From positions 16,160,532 to 16,224,531 of the forward strand of contig CM119263.1 in the NCBI GenBank assembly GCA_051294375.1: a stretch of DNA of 64,000 bases. Direction: 5' to 3'. This DNA comes from Paraspadella gotoi (Eukaryota; Animalia; Chaetognatha). This document shows, piece by piece, positions 16,001 to 29,908 of the stretch. The first letter of the stretch is position 1, and each line of letters starts with the position of its first letter. The notes beneath the pieces are model-generated. The model had not been told where the DNA came from and did not search any database. It saw only the letters and a list, made by a program, of their open reading frames with translations. The position numbers were made by a program, and so were the translations under genes.

Positions 16001-16781
16001 CAAGACTCTCTCACAGTCTCGTTTATTCACTCCCAGAGTACCTGGCTTCCCTATCAATGAAGTGGTATAATATTTCAAAGAATGTTTCAATTGTATGAAA
16101 AGACCACTCCCTTAAGTATTAGATCAGGGAATTCTTATTGTACTCCGCACTAGCATCAAAATACAAGGAGCTGAATTTTATGAAATTGGTACAACCAATA
16201 TAAAAATTATCCATTCATTTAATAAATAAGCTATCTTGCCCCTGACTTTTAGATTCAAAATTTGTTTTTAAATCTTTGTTGGTTTTTACGTATAATATTG
16301 TATGAAGTAACACATTCTTCAAATGGTGATCTTCACTAATTAAGTATATAAAGTTAAAAAGTAGTTTTTAGTTAAATAAGACTAAAGCTTCCATCGTTTC
16401 GTAGGGGGGGAAAGCGGAGAACCAAGTACGATATACGATATAAGAAAATCATTGTAACGAAGAGGATGGTAAAAGAAAAATTACTTTTTTCCGGTCCAAC
16501 TTTTCATCGAACGCGATAAACGGGAATTTCCGACCGAGAATGAATGAAGCTCCGAATTCGCTACCTTCGAGACCAATCAAAGGGCGAACCGTTACTGATT
16601 TAGCCACACGCAAGGCCGAACGGTATGGCGCAGGTGAAATTTTTAAAAAAGGGGCCAATTGAAGGGGAGGAATATCTTTGTGGCTATTAGAACTTTAAAT
16701 TTCCCCCCCAGTGAAGTACTAGCTCGAAATCTTTTTCAAAATGAACCAATAAAGATTCTCTACCGCCGAATTAAAAGTCCG

Positions 16782-16818
<37 letters not shown>

Positions 16819-19800
16819 GTCGTTCAAGAGACCCGCAGTGTGGGTGGTGAATCTTTGGCCGCCAACCTTGATCTCTTATCTTTTCTCACTATGATTGTTT
16901 TTACCTTTTCATTTTTGTACTTGTTTATATAAGTATTTTTTTAAATTACTTTTAATCATAAGCGTTCTTTAGGTTTTTTTTTAAATTTTGTTTACCACGA
17001 AAAGAATCTGCTCATGAAGTAGTTCTAAAAGAAAAAAGTAAAAATCGTATCTTCTAATTTTTTATGCGAAAAAAATGAAAACAAAGGAGAAAAGAATAAA
17101 AAAAAGAGCGAGAGAGAAATAATCAAATCCTCAAGAGGATTTAACCCCGAACAAATTTTCTGGAGGGCGACTGGCAAAAATTGATACATAACAGAACGGA
17201 GTGGCCGATACACGAGGGTAAGGGAGACGGGGGGGGGGAATAGGAAGGGGAGCGGGCAAGTGAGGTAAAAGGCCTGACTTCGGCATCGCCAGGAATTTGG
17301 AGATGAATTGCAGAACCCCCCCGCCCCCTACACATACAAAAAACACAAAAGGAAATCCGGTTTCGTCTGAATTTAAATTTTTTTTACCTTATTTTTTACT
17401 ACTATTAATAGTAAAGTCTGGATGTATTGGGAGTTTTAAGCTTTTTTCTGTATTATTAGTGGGCGAGTAGGTGAAAAAAATGATTTTTTTTTTAAGTTTA
17501 GTATTTTAGGAAACCAAAAATAAGAGGGTGACTCATACTATTTTTTTCCGCTATAACAGAAACCAAAACAATCTCGATTGGACGACCAAATATTTTCTTC
17601 AAAACAAAAACTAAAACAAAAAAAAAATCAACCCTTCCTTTCTCCCATATTCCTTTTTAAAAATTGGCAGCTTTGTATGACGCGATGAATGAGTTAACCG
17701 AGAGAACCCGATAAGATTTCTAGCCAAAAAAAAGTCACGAGGTTAAGAGGGCAGGGGGGGAAAACAATATAAACAAGTGTGTGGCGTTCACCGAGCGAGA
17801 ATCGAGAATTTTTAGTCGCGTCGAGAAGTGACTTAATAACAAGGAAAAAGGTAAAATAATTTCATGTCAAAGAGATTCCCCGAAAAATAAAGAAAATAAT
17901 AAATATTGCGATGAAAACTCACACTTTCCGAAGGCGATCTTGATGACGACTTGATCGATGTCGGACTCCGTGTCCTCGTAAAAGTTGATGGGGATCACTT
18001 CGGACCACATTCTGAAGGCGAGGGCGAAGGCGGCGCGCTGTTCGGAGGTCGTCATTCGCTGACTGTAGCCAATGTCGATGATTCGCCAGGTGATCTAAGA
18101 TTGGTGATGGTGGTGAGGAAACAAATGGGATCACAATCTGGTTTTACAAAAGTGGAATCCTGTTGTCTATGACATCGATGGAATCGCTTTCCCTCACCAT
18201 TCTGTTTCCGAATCTGACGCCCTCCAGATTCGAGCCCAGGATTTCGATGCTCCTCTTTCCTCGCTCCTCCGATCTCGGCAGCGTCGAATCCAACGAGCGG
18301 CGGCGCCTCTCTCTCGCGTCTGGCGTCCGGACGTCGACGGACTGAGCCGTTTCCAAAGATCGTCGCCGATCGTTCTCGTCCACGTCCCGGATGTAGTTGT
18401 CCAAGAATTGACGCCGCCGGTCGGTGGAGCGAACCGAACGCGTCGATCGGTGGATGGAGGTCGGGATGGGAGCGTCGGACACCTTAGGACGCATCATAGT
18501 TAATTAAAGATTGGGGTTGACGGAGCTTTTTCCTCAGACGACATACCTGGACGCTTTTAAATTTCTTCAGCAAGGTGCTGGAAAACGAGCTGGAGTGGAA
18601 AACAAAAGGTGCGGGGAATAAAGGATTTTGAAAATATTTTTGGAGGGGGGGGGTTAATGGACTCACCTTGAGCCTGGCGGAGGCTGATTAGAACCGATGG
18701 TTCCGCTTTGCGTCGAGGAAGACTGAAAACCTGAAGGGAAGGAGCCGACGCCCAACTTGAAGGTTCCTTGGACCATCGCCGACGACGAGGCCTTGGAGGC
18801 GCCCACGAAACCTAAGGTTTGAGATGATGAGATGGAAATTCCACGGAACAATTTCGATAACAAGAATGAATTTTTAGTCGGATCTGCTTATCAGCAGATT
18901 ACGACTCTATAAAGTCATTTTGTCGGTCCCGTCGGTCCTAACCCCAAAATCTTGTCGGTAAATCATTATTATCATATAAGAAACTGGAATTATGATAAAA
19001 TATGCAAAAAAATGATGTCCGATCCGTCCATCTGTCCGGTCCCACTTTAGCATTAAACTCCGATTACTCGTGATTGGAAGGATGGATTGGAATGAAATTC
19101 TGTTGTGTGGGTAGGAAGTGTGTGAATGAACTGGATATAAAGTTTCGATGGGATAGTGCGAGTGCAAAATGAGTTTAAATGGAAAAAAAGTCATATTTAC
19201 TTGAAGTATTTTTTCTTATATTTACTCATAACAATTATATTCATTAAAAATGGATAAAATAAATTGAAATGAAGTATGTGATTAAGCTGGATATAAAATT
19301 TTTGATGGAATCGTAGGAGTGGAAAAGAGTTTAAAATAGAAAAACCAAAAGACACATTAATTTGAATTTTTTAAAGTTTCTCTCTTTCTGTCTCTGATTG
19401 ATTAATTGATTTATTTATTTATTTATTATTTATTTATTTATTGATTGATTGATTGGAGTTGAGTTAAGCTAGTTGACCAAATTACCATGTTATGATTTGT
19501 ATGATCTGTTAAGATAAAAAATTGAAAGTCAGAAAAAATTATTGTGATTTATCATCGGATTAGTTATTAATCGCTTAATTATCGTAGGCAGATCCGATAT
19601 TGTTTGCTCAAACTTGTTAAACTTTCAAGCGGTAGTATTATAAAAAGTTAACTTTGTTTATTTTTAATGTTTAATGTTAAGATTTAATCTATTAATCCGT
19701 TTATAAATTAAGTATTGTATCAATTATTTGGCTAGTTAAGATGTATTTGCGCCCACCTGGTGCCACTTCGTTGTCCGCCCGTGGCGTGGCTCCATCCTCA

Positions 19801-21396
19801 TCGCCTAGCAACGAAGTTCCGCGCTTTTCCACGTCACGGTTTCCGCAACGAGGTGCGTTGAGATTGGCAAGCAGTTTTGGATTGTCCCACTGAAGAATAA
19901 CGTAAGTATAAGAATAAGAATAAAAAAACGCAATAGCTACACTAAAACGTCTATATCATCGATCTTCACTTACATTTCCGTCGATAGTAAAATTGTAAAA
20001 GCTTTGGTATGCCTCGACGGCGTTTTTCAAATCGTTCGGTTTGCAGATGGTCGCCTCTTTGATCGTTGATCTTTGCGAAACGAGGACGAAATTGGGAATG
20101 GGTCGAGAAAGAGGAGCATTTGAGGGGTTAAAAGTCGATGAAGTTGATGGGGTGTTATATTGGTTACTATATTTTTTTTTAAACTACTCATGTTTTAAAA
20201 GGAAAACAAATCATATTATTAACCACAGCTGCTTTTCATACTTTACCAGTTATGCCAATTATGGTTAGCGCACACGGATCTGCATCTTCTCAACTATAAT
20301 TTTATCCCCAATTTGATGCTTTGATATTTTGTTAAGCTTAGCTGCTTAAATTGCTCGGCCCAAGGCCTGAGAATGAATCTCCTATACACCTCTAGACTTT
20401 GTAAAGGTCAATAAAGCTGAAAATATTTATACTATAATCTTGGATACTGAATTAAAAATTATTCATTGAGCTTGATTATTAAAAGATGCAATGAGAAATT
20501 TGACGACTTTGACATCTTCGCAAAAAAACCTCAATTTCAAAAAGATTAATTTAAAGAAAATTTTAATAAAAAAAGAAAATTAACATTTTTCTATTTATTA
20601 AAAAAAAATCTTACGTTTATGGCCATGATTTCTTTCATGTCACTGGATTTGGCTCACGGGGTAGCGAACACGAATCTATTTTTCACGGAAGCATCGACTC
20701 GGTCAAAAAAGCATTGTATTAGCGTTCTACACTCGGAGTTCTTTCCCGTCAACCTTTTAGAGCTACTAACTACTACTACACATTTTCTCAAAAAATCCAT
20801 TACTAAGACTATATATATATCTACGGCTTTTGTGGCTTAAAAATTTTATTAAAAAAAGAAAAATATTATTTACATACATTCTCCTTTTACGAAGCGTAGA
20901 AATCAGTGTAAGTACAAAGAAGATTAAAAAAAAAGAAATTATATAGTATGGTCGGTGAAGATGTAACTAATTTCTAAGAGGTTAATAAGGGTTGCAAACA
21001 ACGTCACGCAGTCAAATTATTGACAAATATGTACAATTCTAACGCCCCCTCACCTCTTGACCCCCGGAGACTCGACGACCCCGAAGCCCCACGGGATCGG
21101 CGTGTTCCGCTTGGGGCGTCCGAAGAACCAATTGATGCGATGCTCCTGGTTGTTGTAGTTGACGCATCGAAGGAACCCGAGTTCACGGAGCTCCTTCTGC
21201 AAGGACGGGCGTTGTGGGGGGGGGTGAAATGGGGGGCAGAAAGAGGTGGACGTTGGGAGGAATAAAGGGAGAAAAGCGGTCTTTAGTAAATTTGTTTCAT
21301 TTTTATCTACTTGAGATTTGCGACTATACTTTTAATTTTAAGTTTGACGACTGCTATAAATTTTGTCTTTTTCTTTCGTTTGTTACTTTGTTTTTT

Positions 21397-21452
<56 letters not shown>

Positions 21453-21573
21453 TCTCTTCTCTCTCTCTCTCTCTCTCTCTCCAGTCAGGTCAGCCTAGTT
21501 GCCGAGTTGGACGAAAAAACGACCGAGTGACGATGCATAGAGTGGGTGAGAAAAAGGGAAGGGGGAGGAAAAG

Positions 21574-21657
<84 letters not shown>

Positions 21658-23274
21658 CGATCTCTAAAGTGTCGCAGGCTTTGGCGCCAGATTCCCTTCC
21701 ATCCTTTTACTCTCGAAATCTCGAAGAATTTCAATTTTTCTCGACTTTTTGCAATCTTGAGATGACGACGTCGATGATGAAGATGATGATAATATCAAAG
21801 ATGCTGGCTGGAAATACACCTTAAAATTTATATTAATGAGTATATAAATTAATGAAATGTCTCTTTTTCGTAAATATTTTCCTGTGTATTTTTTCTCTCT
21901 CTTTCTCTCTCTGTTTCTCTTTCTTTTTCTCTATCTTTCCCTCTATCTTTCCCTCTCTCTTTCCCTCTCTCTTTTATTCTTACTCTCTCTCTACCGGCCT
22001 GTCACAATCCCCCCCAAAGTTCGGAATGATATAAGATTCGTCCCCAGGAATTGTTTATTATCAAAAGTCACAGATCACAAACTGACTTTTGACATCCAGT
22101 CAAAGTATAAACAAGGTTAAAAAAGTAAATGGATTGTTCTCAAGGAAACGAAAACAATTCGACGCTACGGGACAAAAATTCGGATTGAAGAAAACAAAAT
22201 TTTGAACTCGAACGCAGATTAAGTATAGCAGATGAGGATCTACAAAGATCAAGAGCGAGATGGGATAACAGAAGCTAAGGAATAAAATGATTTGTTTTTA
22301 ACTTTACTTTTTAAAGGTTAGCACTTTATTAAGTACAAAAGCTCTCCGTAAAGATATAGATAAGTATCAAGAATTCCGGTTTTAAAATAAATTAAATTCC
22401 ATAAATAAATTAAATTGCAACTTCATACAAATATAATTCGCTTTTCCTTTATTTCTGTTCCTTCCAAGCCTACATACATTCAAAATATTTCATAGATTTT
22501 ATGTTATAAAATACTGAGCATTCTTCGCTTGATTTACGATTCCTCTTAAAAGGCGTTAACGCTCTCTGTCTCGATCGGTTTCGAAATATTTTGTCTATAG
22601 AATCCAATTTTAAAAAGTCGTTTGTGACATGAACGAAGACGCCCCGGCCAAAAAAACAAATAAACCATGCGAAAGGGGGAACGTAAAAAGTGAAAGCGGA
22701 AGAGATTTCCGCTCCGTCGGACCCGATCCAAAGAAAAATACAGGCGAATTCGAATCTGAAAAAAAAAGGATGCCTGACCTCGATCCGAGTTGGCCGCTGT
22801 CGTTGTCAGTCATGAGGACCAAATCACCTTACGGGTCTGTTTCGGGATTTGAGTCAAATTTGGTCAAGAAAAAAAAATTTTCAATTACTGGTGTAACGAG
22901 CACATTGACCTTAGTAAACTTAGAGCCCTTGACAATCTACGAAGATGTCAAAATTTAGGTTGGAATATAGCCGAAAAATTTTAAAACTTTTTATTTTTCT
23001 CCACCAGAATCGGTCCAAAAAAAGTTGTTTCAGTAAGTTTCCTATACATTAGCGAAGGCAATAGCGACTTTTTGTGGATAGAATTGACGCTTGTCCGTCA
23101 ATTCACGGGCGCCGCCGATCGTCAAACGTCAAAAACGATTCTCAGCCCTTCTTTCTCTTTTTTGGCTCAACCGAAACAAAAACTTTTTTTCAAGAGTTAT
23201 TAAAGCGTGGATGCTAAATTTTATTTTGGGCGTATCCATGTGAATCAGCCTTTCGCTTCCCCCTTCTCCCCTGG

Positions 23275-23317
<43 letters not shown>

Positions 23318-23928
23318 GCCGTCATTAGTCAGTCACCCAGTTATTTTTCTTCCCTCTTTTGTTTTCAACTTTTTAGTGGATGACGACGGCCGGAGATTTG
23401 CGGAGCGAGGGGTGCTCTGGGTCCCCTTCACCTCCCCCCCCCGGCTGAGCCCTCGACGATCAAATCGACGCATCTAATGATTTCCACAAGGGAAACGCTT
23501 AGGTTGTTGACTTTCTCAGTTGGGCGAGATGCTGCCATTTTTTATTTCACCATGAGCATACAAGATCATGAAAAGTAAAGAGAACTTAATCATCTTTATG
23601 ATCGACTTTTTATATTAAAACTAAAATAAGGGTCAATCTCTGATTATAGTTTTATACACAGTCATAGGTAAGTTGGGGCATAAACTGACGCACTGTTTTG
23701 TCACCGCAAAAGTCAAGTTATAGTATAGAAACCCACTTATATCAAGACTTAGGACCAATAAGTTTATATTTTAAGTTTCCTTGCCCTTCCTATATGTTCC
23801 ATTACGACTGCCGTCACTTGAAAACCGACGATGATCCCAATGGCGAATTCGGAGGTAGTAAGCAAGTGCTAAAAAATCCCGCCTTCTTTTGTTTGAATAA
23901 TTTTTCCCTCTCATTTGTGGGAATTATG

Positions 23929-23994
<66 letters not shown>

Positions 23995-24878
23995 ATTTTA
24001 ATCTATTTAGATAATTGCGAAATTTGTTATATTTTTAATATTAATAAGAAAAGAGAATGAGTTCCGACTGATAGTCAAACATCTCGAATGCAAAGCTTGA
24101 ACTTTTAAACGATCACTCCTTAGACCAATCGTGACTTCATGGGAATCATCGTTTCCTCCTTCACTCCCGGTTCACAACGGAAGTCGGCCTCCTTTCACAC
24201 CAAGTAACTCACCTCGACACCGGCCTTGGTGTAAATCCTCCTGGCCTCGGAGTGTCGACAGTCCATGTTGAAGTGATCTCGAGAGTGGAAGAGGCATTCG
24301 GCGCTCGCCAACGTCGTCGACGACGCGTACGACGTCGACGTCAGAAATTCGAAAATTGCGAGGAAGAAGTAGTTTGTTCGACGGTCGTCCTTGTCGTTGT
24401 TGTTGTTGTTGTTGAAGTAAATGGATTCGAAAGACGGAAAGATTCTTGGGTTTTGAGTCTGGATTTTCGGTGGATGATGGAGTCGGTTTGGTCGTTGTGG
24501 CAACAGCAACAGAAAAAGGGTTAGCAGGGAACGGAAGGCGATTTTGGTGAGGGTGGGGTTAAAGGGTCGGGTGGTTAGAGCGACGCTTGAAGCGGAGGGT
24601 CGTCGGGGCCGTGGAAACGAAGAAGGGCGCAGTGAAAGGAGAGGCGTGTCGTTCGTGGGTCGGCGCCATCGAGTTCGCGGCGTCATTCTCCGTCTCTCTC
24701 GCTGATCATCGTCGTCGCGAGTGGGCGTCAAATCTCTTCGTGGGGGTGGCGAATGTTTTCGGGTGGCGTCATCGACGACGCCGTCACAGCCGCGGTCGCC
24801 TCCGCCGGCGCCGGTGAGTCGCGATGAAACGTCGGGAAACGTCTTTCCCAGTCGGTTGGAGTTGGACGGGGAAGTCAT
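770..24878 (-). CDS. MMP21: Matrix metalloproteinase-21 orthologue, 14 coding exons, ~890 aa if the ATG at 24878 is used
   Basis: Phase-consistent GT-AG exons on the minus strand: 24213-24878, 21054-21196, 19974-20070, 19757-19889, 18667-18811, 18547-18577, 18198-18482, 17923-18094, 10345-10531, 10017-10114, 5335-5427, 5083-5232, 1273-1454, 770-1060. Translation contains LFHSRD, cysteine switch PRCGNRD, furin site [14 protein letters not shown], zinc motif [18 protein letters not shown], Met-turn SIM, and hemopexin repeats with [26 protein letters not shown] and KWYDIC, which I recognise as MMP21-specific. The start codon is uncertain. Confidence 0.92.
10345..10531 (-). CDS. MMP21: MMP21 catalytic exon carrying HEXXHXXGXXH (not in the ORF track)
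   Basis: ttcag|..[61 protein letters not shown]|gtaagg on the minus strand. Confidence 0.95.
13864..14053. repeat. ~324-bp repeat, truncated copy
   Basis: Same left end, stops after CCCAGAGTA; further fragments at ~7720-7810, ~28114-28162 and ~36907-36930. Confidence 0.85.
15854..16249. repeat. ~324-bp repeat, about 1.2 units, in MMP21 intron
   Basis: Unit starts at 15854 and 16179; nearly identical to 37298-37889. Confidence 0.9.
18876..19597 (-). mobile_element. Helentron/DINE-1-like non-autonomous element in MMP21 intron
   Basis: Terminal hairpin AGTCGGATCTGCT-TATC-AGCAGATTACGACT, inverted sub-terminal copy GCAGATCCGA at 19588-19597, GTCC/GATT microsatellites and an internal ~155-bp duplication; reverse-orientation relatives at ~34367-34990 and ~36245-36620. 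Confidence 0.55.
19757..19889 (-). CDS. MMP21: MMP21 prodomain exon carrying the cysteine switch (not in the ORF track)
   Basis: cttcag|[24 protein letters not shown]...EVAP|gtgggc; phases match both neighbouring exons. Confidence 0.9.
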
Positions 24879-25476
24879 GGTCTCGCCTATCCGTTCAAGT
24901 CGGGGTTGTCGGATGGAAGGCGCGAACGAAAGTCGGCAAGCGGTTTGCGTGGGCTCGCGCTAACGAGAGTCGGCAAGCTAACGAGACGGGCAAACGGTCG
25001 CGTCGGCTGGCGATCGCGCCGTCAATACAGGAAGCGCGATTGAAAACGCGATGTGGAAAGTCGTTGAGTTGAGAAACGGAATTATTTTGGTGACGAATTT
25101 CGGGCAAATGTTTACGTTCGACTCGCGTCGGACGCCAAAGAAATGAAGAAATCTATATCCTCGTGCATTTTTATTCGTAAAATAGGCTCAAGTTGCCTTT
25201 TCGAAATAGATTAAAATCAATAAACGACGAACGTACTCTTTCGTAATCTCTCGTAGGTTAAGTTGTCACGGTTTTCGATGAATTTTTTCCCCCTTTTTCT
25301 GACGAAGAAATAAAATATTTGTTAAAATGACAAAGTGAGGAGTATCATAATTATTGTTTTAGACTATTCTAATTTAAAATTAAAACTTGTATCGACGGGC
25401 GGGTAAAAGAGAAAAAAAATGTTTTCACAATTTTTGAAATTTCTAGACTTTGAATCTGAAGTGACTAGTGTGTGTG

Positions 25477-25588
<112 letters not shown>

Positions 25589-26041
25589 ATCGAGTGAAAA
25601 AAAATTGAAATTTGAAGGAAGAAATATGAGTGAGAGTAAGAGAGAGAGAGAGAAAGAGAGAGTGAGAGAGACGCGGGAGTAAATCGAGGATGGACGCCGC
25701 CGCCGCCGAACCGTGGGGCGGGATCGGAGCGGGCGGAGGATGAGGATGAGGAGGTGATGAAGTAGAAGGATGAGGAGGAGGAAGAAGAAGATAGAAAAGA
25801 CAAGGTCTTTGAATCCCTAATCTCGGTTTCCATTTCTCGATTTTGACCGTCGTTGTCCTCACTGGGAGAGATCGTCGTCGTCGTCGTCGTCGTCGTCTTT
25901 GGTGGTTTTGACGGCGGTGAGATAAAAATCAGGTCGACGGCGAGACGAACTTACCTTACCTTACTTACTCTCAGGGAAAAATCAACTTACTTCAATTAAC
26001 CACCTGATTCGAGGGGCGGAGTCGTCATAGATGGAGAGATA

Positions 26042-26087
<46 letters not shown>

Positions 26088-28997
26088 GCGGAATGTTACA
26101 CTATAACTTCAATCTGTCAGATTTTAAATACTTATTTTAATTATGGAGTATCTGTGCATGAGTAAAACAAATATTCAACTTTTTGCCTTTTTATTCGACT
26201 TAATTATTAAATCAGTGGCTCAGTGAATATTTTGGATATTTGTTTTTCCTCTGATACTGCTTAAGGAAAATAAGTACGTAGTTTTTTAAGCATTCTACTA
26301 ATGCATGTTAGGACTTTAAAGCAATATTTGTCTTTCTATTCTTCTGGCTTTCCTCATGTTTCCTAGTCGCTAAAATATGAAAGTTAAAAATTACTCAACT
26401 TAGAAAATAGAGTTTCTATTTTTTGCACCAAAAGACAATCACGGGGTTGATTGTGTCGATTGTGTTTCTCTGTTACGTCAAACCCCATTTTCAAATTTGT
26501 GAAACTCATAATTATGGTAAAAAAAAAAAACATTTTGTAGTACGCACAAATGACGATGACAACGATAACGACGGCGATGACTTTAACGACCGCGACCACG
26601 CATTCGACGGCAGTGACGTCTTCGTCGACGACTCCATTTAACTTTCGTTACGGACGAAACTTTTTATTTTGGCTTCTATTGAGATGACGACCACGTCAGG
26701 GATCGCAACGCCAACCGTAACAGTCCTAGCGACGATAAAATCATCAACGACGATAGCGACGACGAAGACTCCAACGAATGACGTAGCCATGGGCAAATGA
26801 TTTATGATTCTCGCAACCCGACATTTCCGGTGGATTTCGAAAGCGATTATCCGAGCTTTGCAAATACATAACATTTTTAATATTATACTTTATACGGTGA
26901 ATATCAAAAGAGAATAAAGCAAAATAACAATATTTGAAATATCCTTGATTCCGACATTTAAAGCGCCGGAGTAACAATCTTATCAATGACGGCTGCTTTG
27001 ATTTGAGTCGCGTAACTCGCAAAACAAACTAAAAAGTTAAAATAAAAGAAGAAAAAAGGAAACATTTAAAGGTTTGAGACTTTCCAAGCAGATATCATCC
27101 TTCGTTGTCCGTAACAAAGAGTAAGACATCTCTCCGATTGCTGCCAGGGCTCTCTTCCTCTCTTGCTGCCCTTTTTTTTAATTTCCATCGTTAACAGCGA
27201 TCCATTTCGATTCAAGTCTTTTCCAAATTTCCCAAACTGTTTCGTATTTTCTAGTTTTGCTTTTCTTTCCTTTTCTATCATACTTTTCGACTTTCCTACA
27301 CTTCTCTTATCCTTTCCTTGCCCAGAACGACTTAGAAAATTTCAAGGCGCCGATCGATTTTCTTTTTAAAAAAATAGGGGGAAAAATTGTCTAAATTTTC
27401 TTGGGCCACATTTTTTTCCTTTTTAATTTCCCAAAATAAAATATTTTTCTTATTTCCTCGCCTCACAAACTCACGCCGCTCTTTTCGCTTGGCTACGTTT
27501 TTCGCGATAAACGGAGAAATAAATCACCAGCAATAAGAGATAATCACCCAAAATAAAAATGAAACGAAAAGAATTATTACTCAAGATTAGAAGAACGAAA
27601 AAAAGAGAGAAAAACGGCAAAAATGGGGTCGTAGACCGACCCGGGATCGTCCAGGAGTTTATCGTCGTTTCGTGCTAATACGCATCGGAGAAAGTTTTTG
27701 AGAGTTCCCAAACGTAGTAACGATAGTAACGAAATTCGTTCGTTTTGTCTACAAAACGAGAATCGTTCGTCCAGACGATTTGACTCGTGCGCGAACTACG
27801 GGCCTTAAATGCTCAAGACGGGGCAAACCGACCCCCTGTACATGAACCCAGTCAACTGGAGTACAAAAAGGCTTTTTATTGGACTTGGATTTGGAGAATA
27901 TGTTTTGATGAAACACTCTTTCCCGCTTGTACATCAAAGAGAAACATAAAACGCAGAGGAAGGGGTGATGAAGAGGGGGGGGTTATTGAGAGAGAGAGGG
28001 AGAGAGAGAGAAGCAATGGCGCGAAACAGATTGGCTTTTCAATTTCTCGAGAGGCGAATTTTGTTAACTTTTTCCCTCTTAAGAATCGGTTATGGTCGAG
28101 TCGAATTGATTATTAAGGAATTGGTTCACCCAATATGAAATTATCCAATCATTCAATAAATTAAAGTTTTTTTATATGATAAAATTTCCATGAGTTGCCT
28201 GTTTTTTTGTTTCTTCAGACTTATTCGCAGTTTTAACATTTATACTCAATTTTTTCCAAAAAGTTAATATTATTACGTAGTTGATTTTTATTCTTGTCCT
28301 TTTTTTCTATTTCCTTATCTCATTTTACCTCTCTTCTCGAGTCGACCCGATTTTGCCCTACTTTTGGCCCGACAACAAAATATTTAAGGTTTTTCTTTAA
28401 ATCGAAACGCTCTCGGTTCTTATTTCTATATCATGTAACAAAAAGAAAGACGCCGCACTGACCGTTAAAGCGTAGTAAAAATTATAAATTTAACTTTTAT
28501 TAAATTTTATAAAAATTCGTCATAAAAAGTTGATAAAAATAAATATTTAACTCTTTTTTAAAAATTATTTCCTTAAGTTGGTCAAATATCAGAAAAACCT
28601 TATTAAATAGTTTATAAATATTTATTTAATTTTCGAAATTAATATTCGGTTTTATATAGAATACTAATAACGTAAGTAGCAAACTCGTCCTTTGTTCTAT
28701 GCTTTCATTGGTTATTATTTAATTCTCGATTCTGATTGGACGAGGCCTTTCTGATCCAATTCTTGGTATTATTTTCAAAAGTCAAAAGTCGTTTTTAATT
28801 GGTCTATTTAAATTTTAAAGAAGTATAAAAGGGCAAGTAAATTTTAAACTTTTAAGAGATTGCCCAGGAAACATTAGGTAACATGAAGAAATATTTGTAA
28901 CTTTTTAAAATGAATTCTAATCATTGAAATTATTTGGTACAGCTTTGAACTCTTTTTCAGTGGCTCACTCTCTTTGCTCTGCTCTGATTATTTTATT

Positions 28998-29873
28998 TAG
29001 AGATGAGCATCGTTCGAATCGAAGCTACCGATCAAGATTCCTTTATATTTCACTTCTATTCAAAACTTGCACATAGTCAAGGCAAAACAAATTATGTCAA
29101 TATGGGCAGATTTCGAAAGCTTGGCGTCTTGGGAAGCCAATGGAGGTAGAGCGCGATCGAAATTCCCATTTTTATCATGCCCAAAAATGGTATTTAAATG
29201 GACTGGTCAGGCCGTTTTTTCCCTATTCTAAGAAAACCTCCTGGCTTTGAGTAAAAAAGACCAAATCATACATATTAGTACAGTTTCCGAAACCTTATTG
29301 TCTTCTCTACATGATGAAAAAAAGCAAAATTAAAATTCTTGCAATCTTAATTGCTTGATAAGACAATCAAATGAACTGGTTTTTTAGGTGAAAACTGCAT
29401 AGTCAAGCCTTCATTTTTTTCAATTTTGATCACAATTGACAGAAACTGTATTGATTTTACTATTCAAATCAGGTAGAGCGCGGGCTTAATTCAAAAGCGT
29501 TTTCTCAAATATAATGCAAAATTTAAAAAAAGTCCAATAAAAACTTATTAAAACAAAAATCGTCGCACAGTGTTGCTTGTGAGTTCAAAATGCTAGAAAA
29601 ATAAATTTTTAAATTTTTTAATTATTATATAATATATAAAATATTTATATAAATATAATTATAGTATTGAAAATATTTTTTTTTATTCAATCTGAGAAAG
29701 GTAGTACTATATATTAAAAATATATATATATAAAAAATATATTTTACAATAAATTAATTATTTTTTTATTATGGTATGATTAAAAAATATAAGATTAAAA
29801 TAAAATTTTAATTTTAATAAAATATAATAATCATATTAAATATAATAAATAAAAAAAAAATTATTTTTTTATT

Positions 29874-29908
<35 letters not shown>

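Noticed and set aside
15930-16045. Twister ribozyme in the 324-bp repeat (UAAGGCC..UUACAAG..GAGUA)
   Set aside because: P4 cannot form and the P2 3' strand is not followed by GA, so the consensus is not met.
21004-21186. ORF-track frame MNSGSFDAS as the MMP21 exon
   Set aside because: Phase matching and the KELRELGFL prodomain helix support a different frame for exon 21054-21196.
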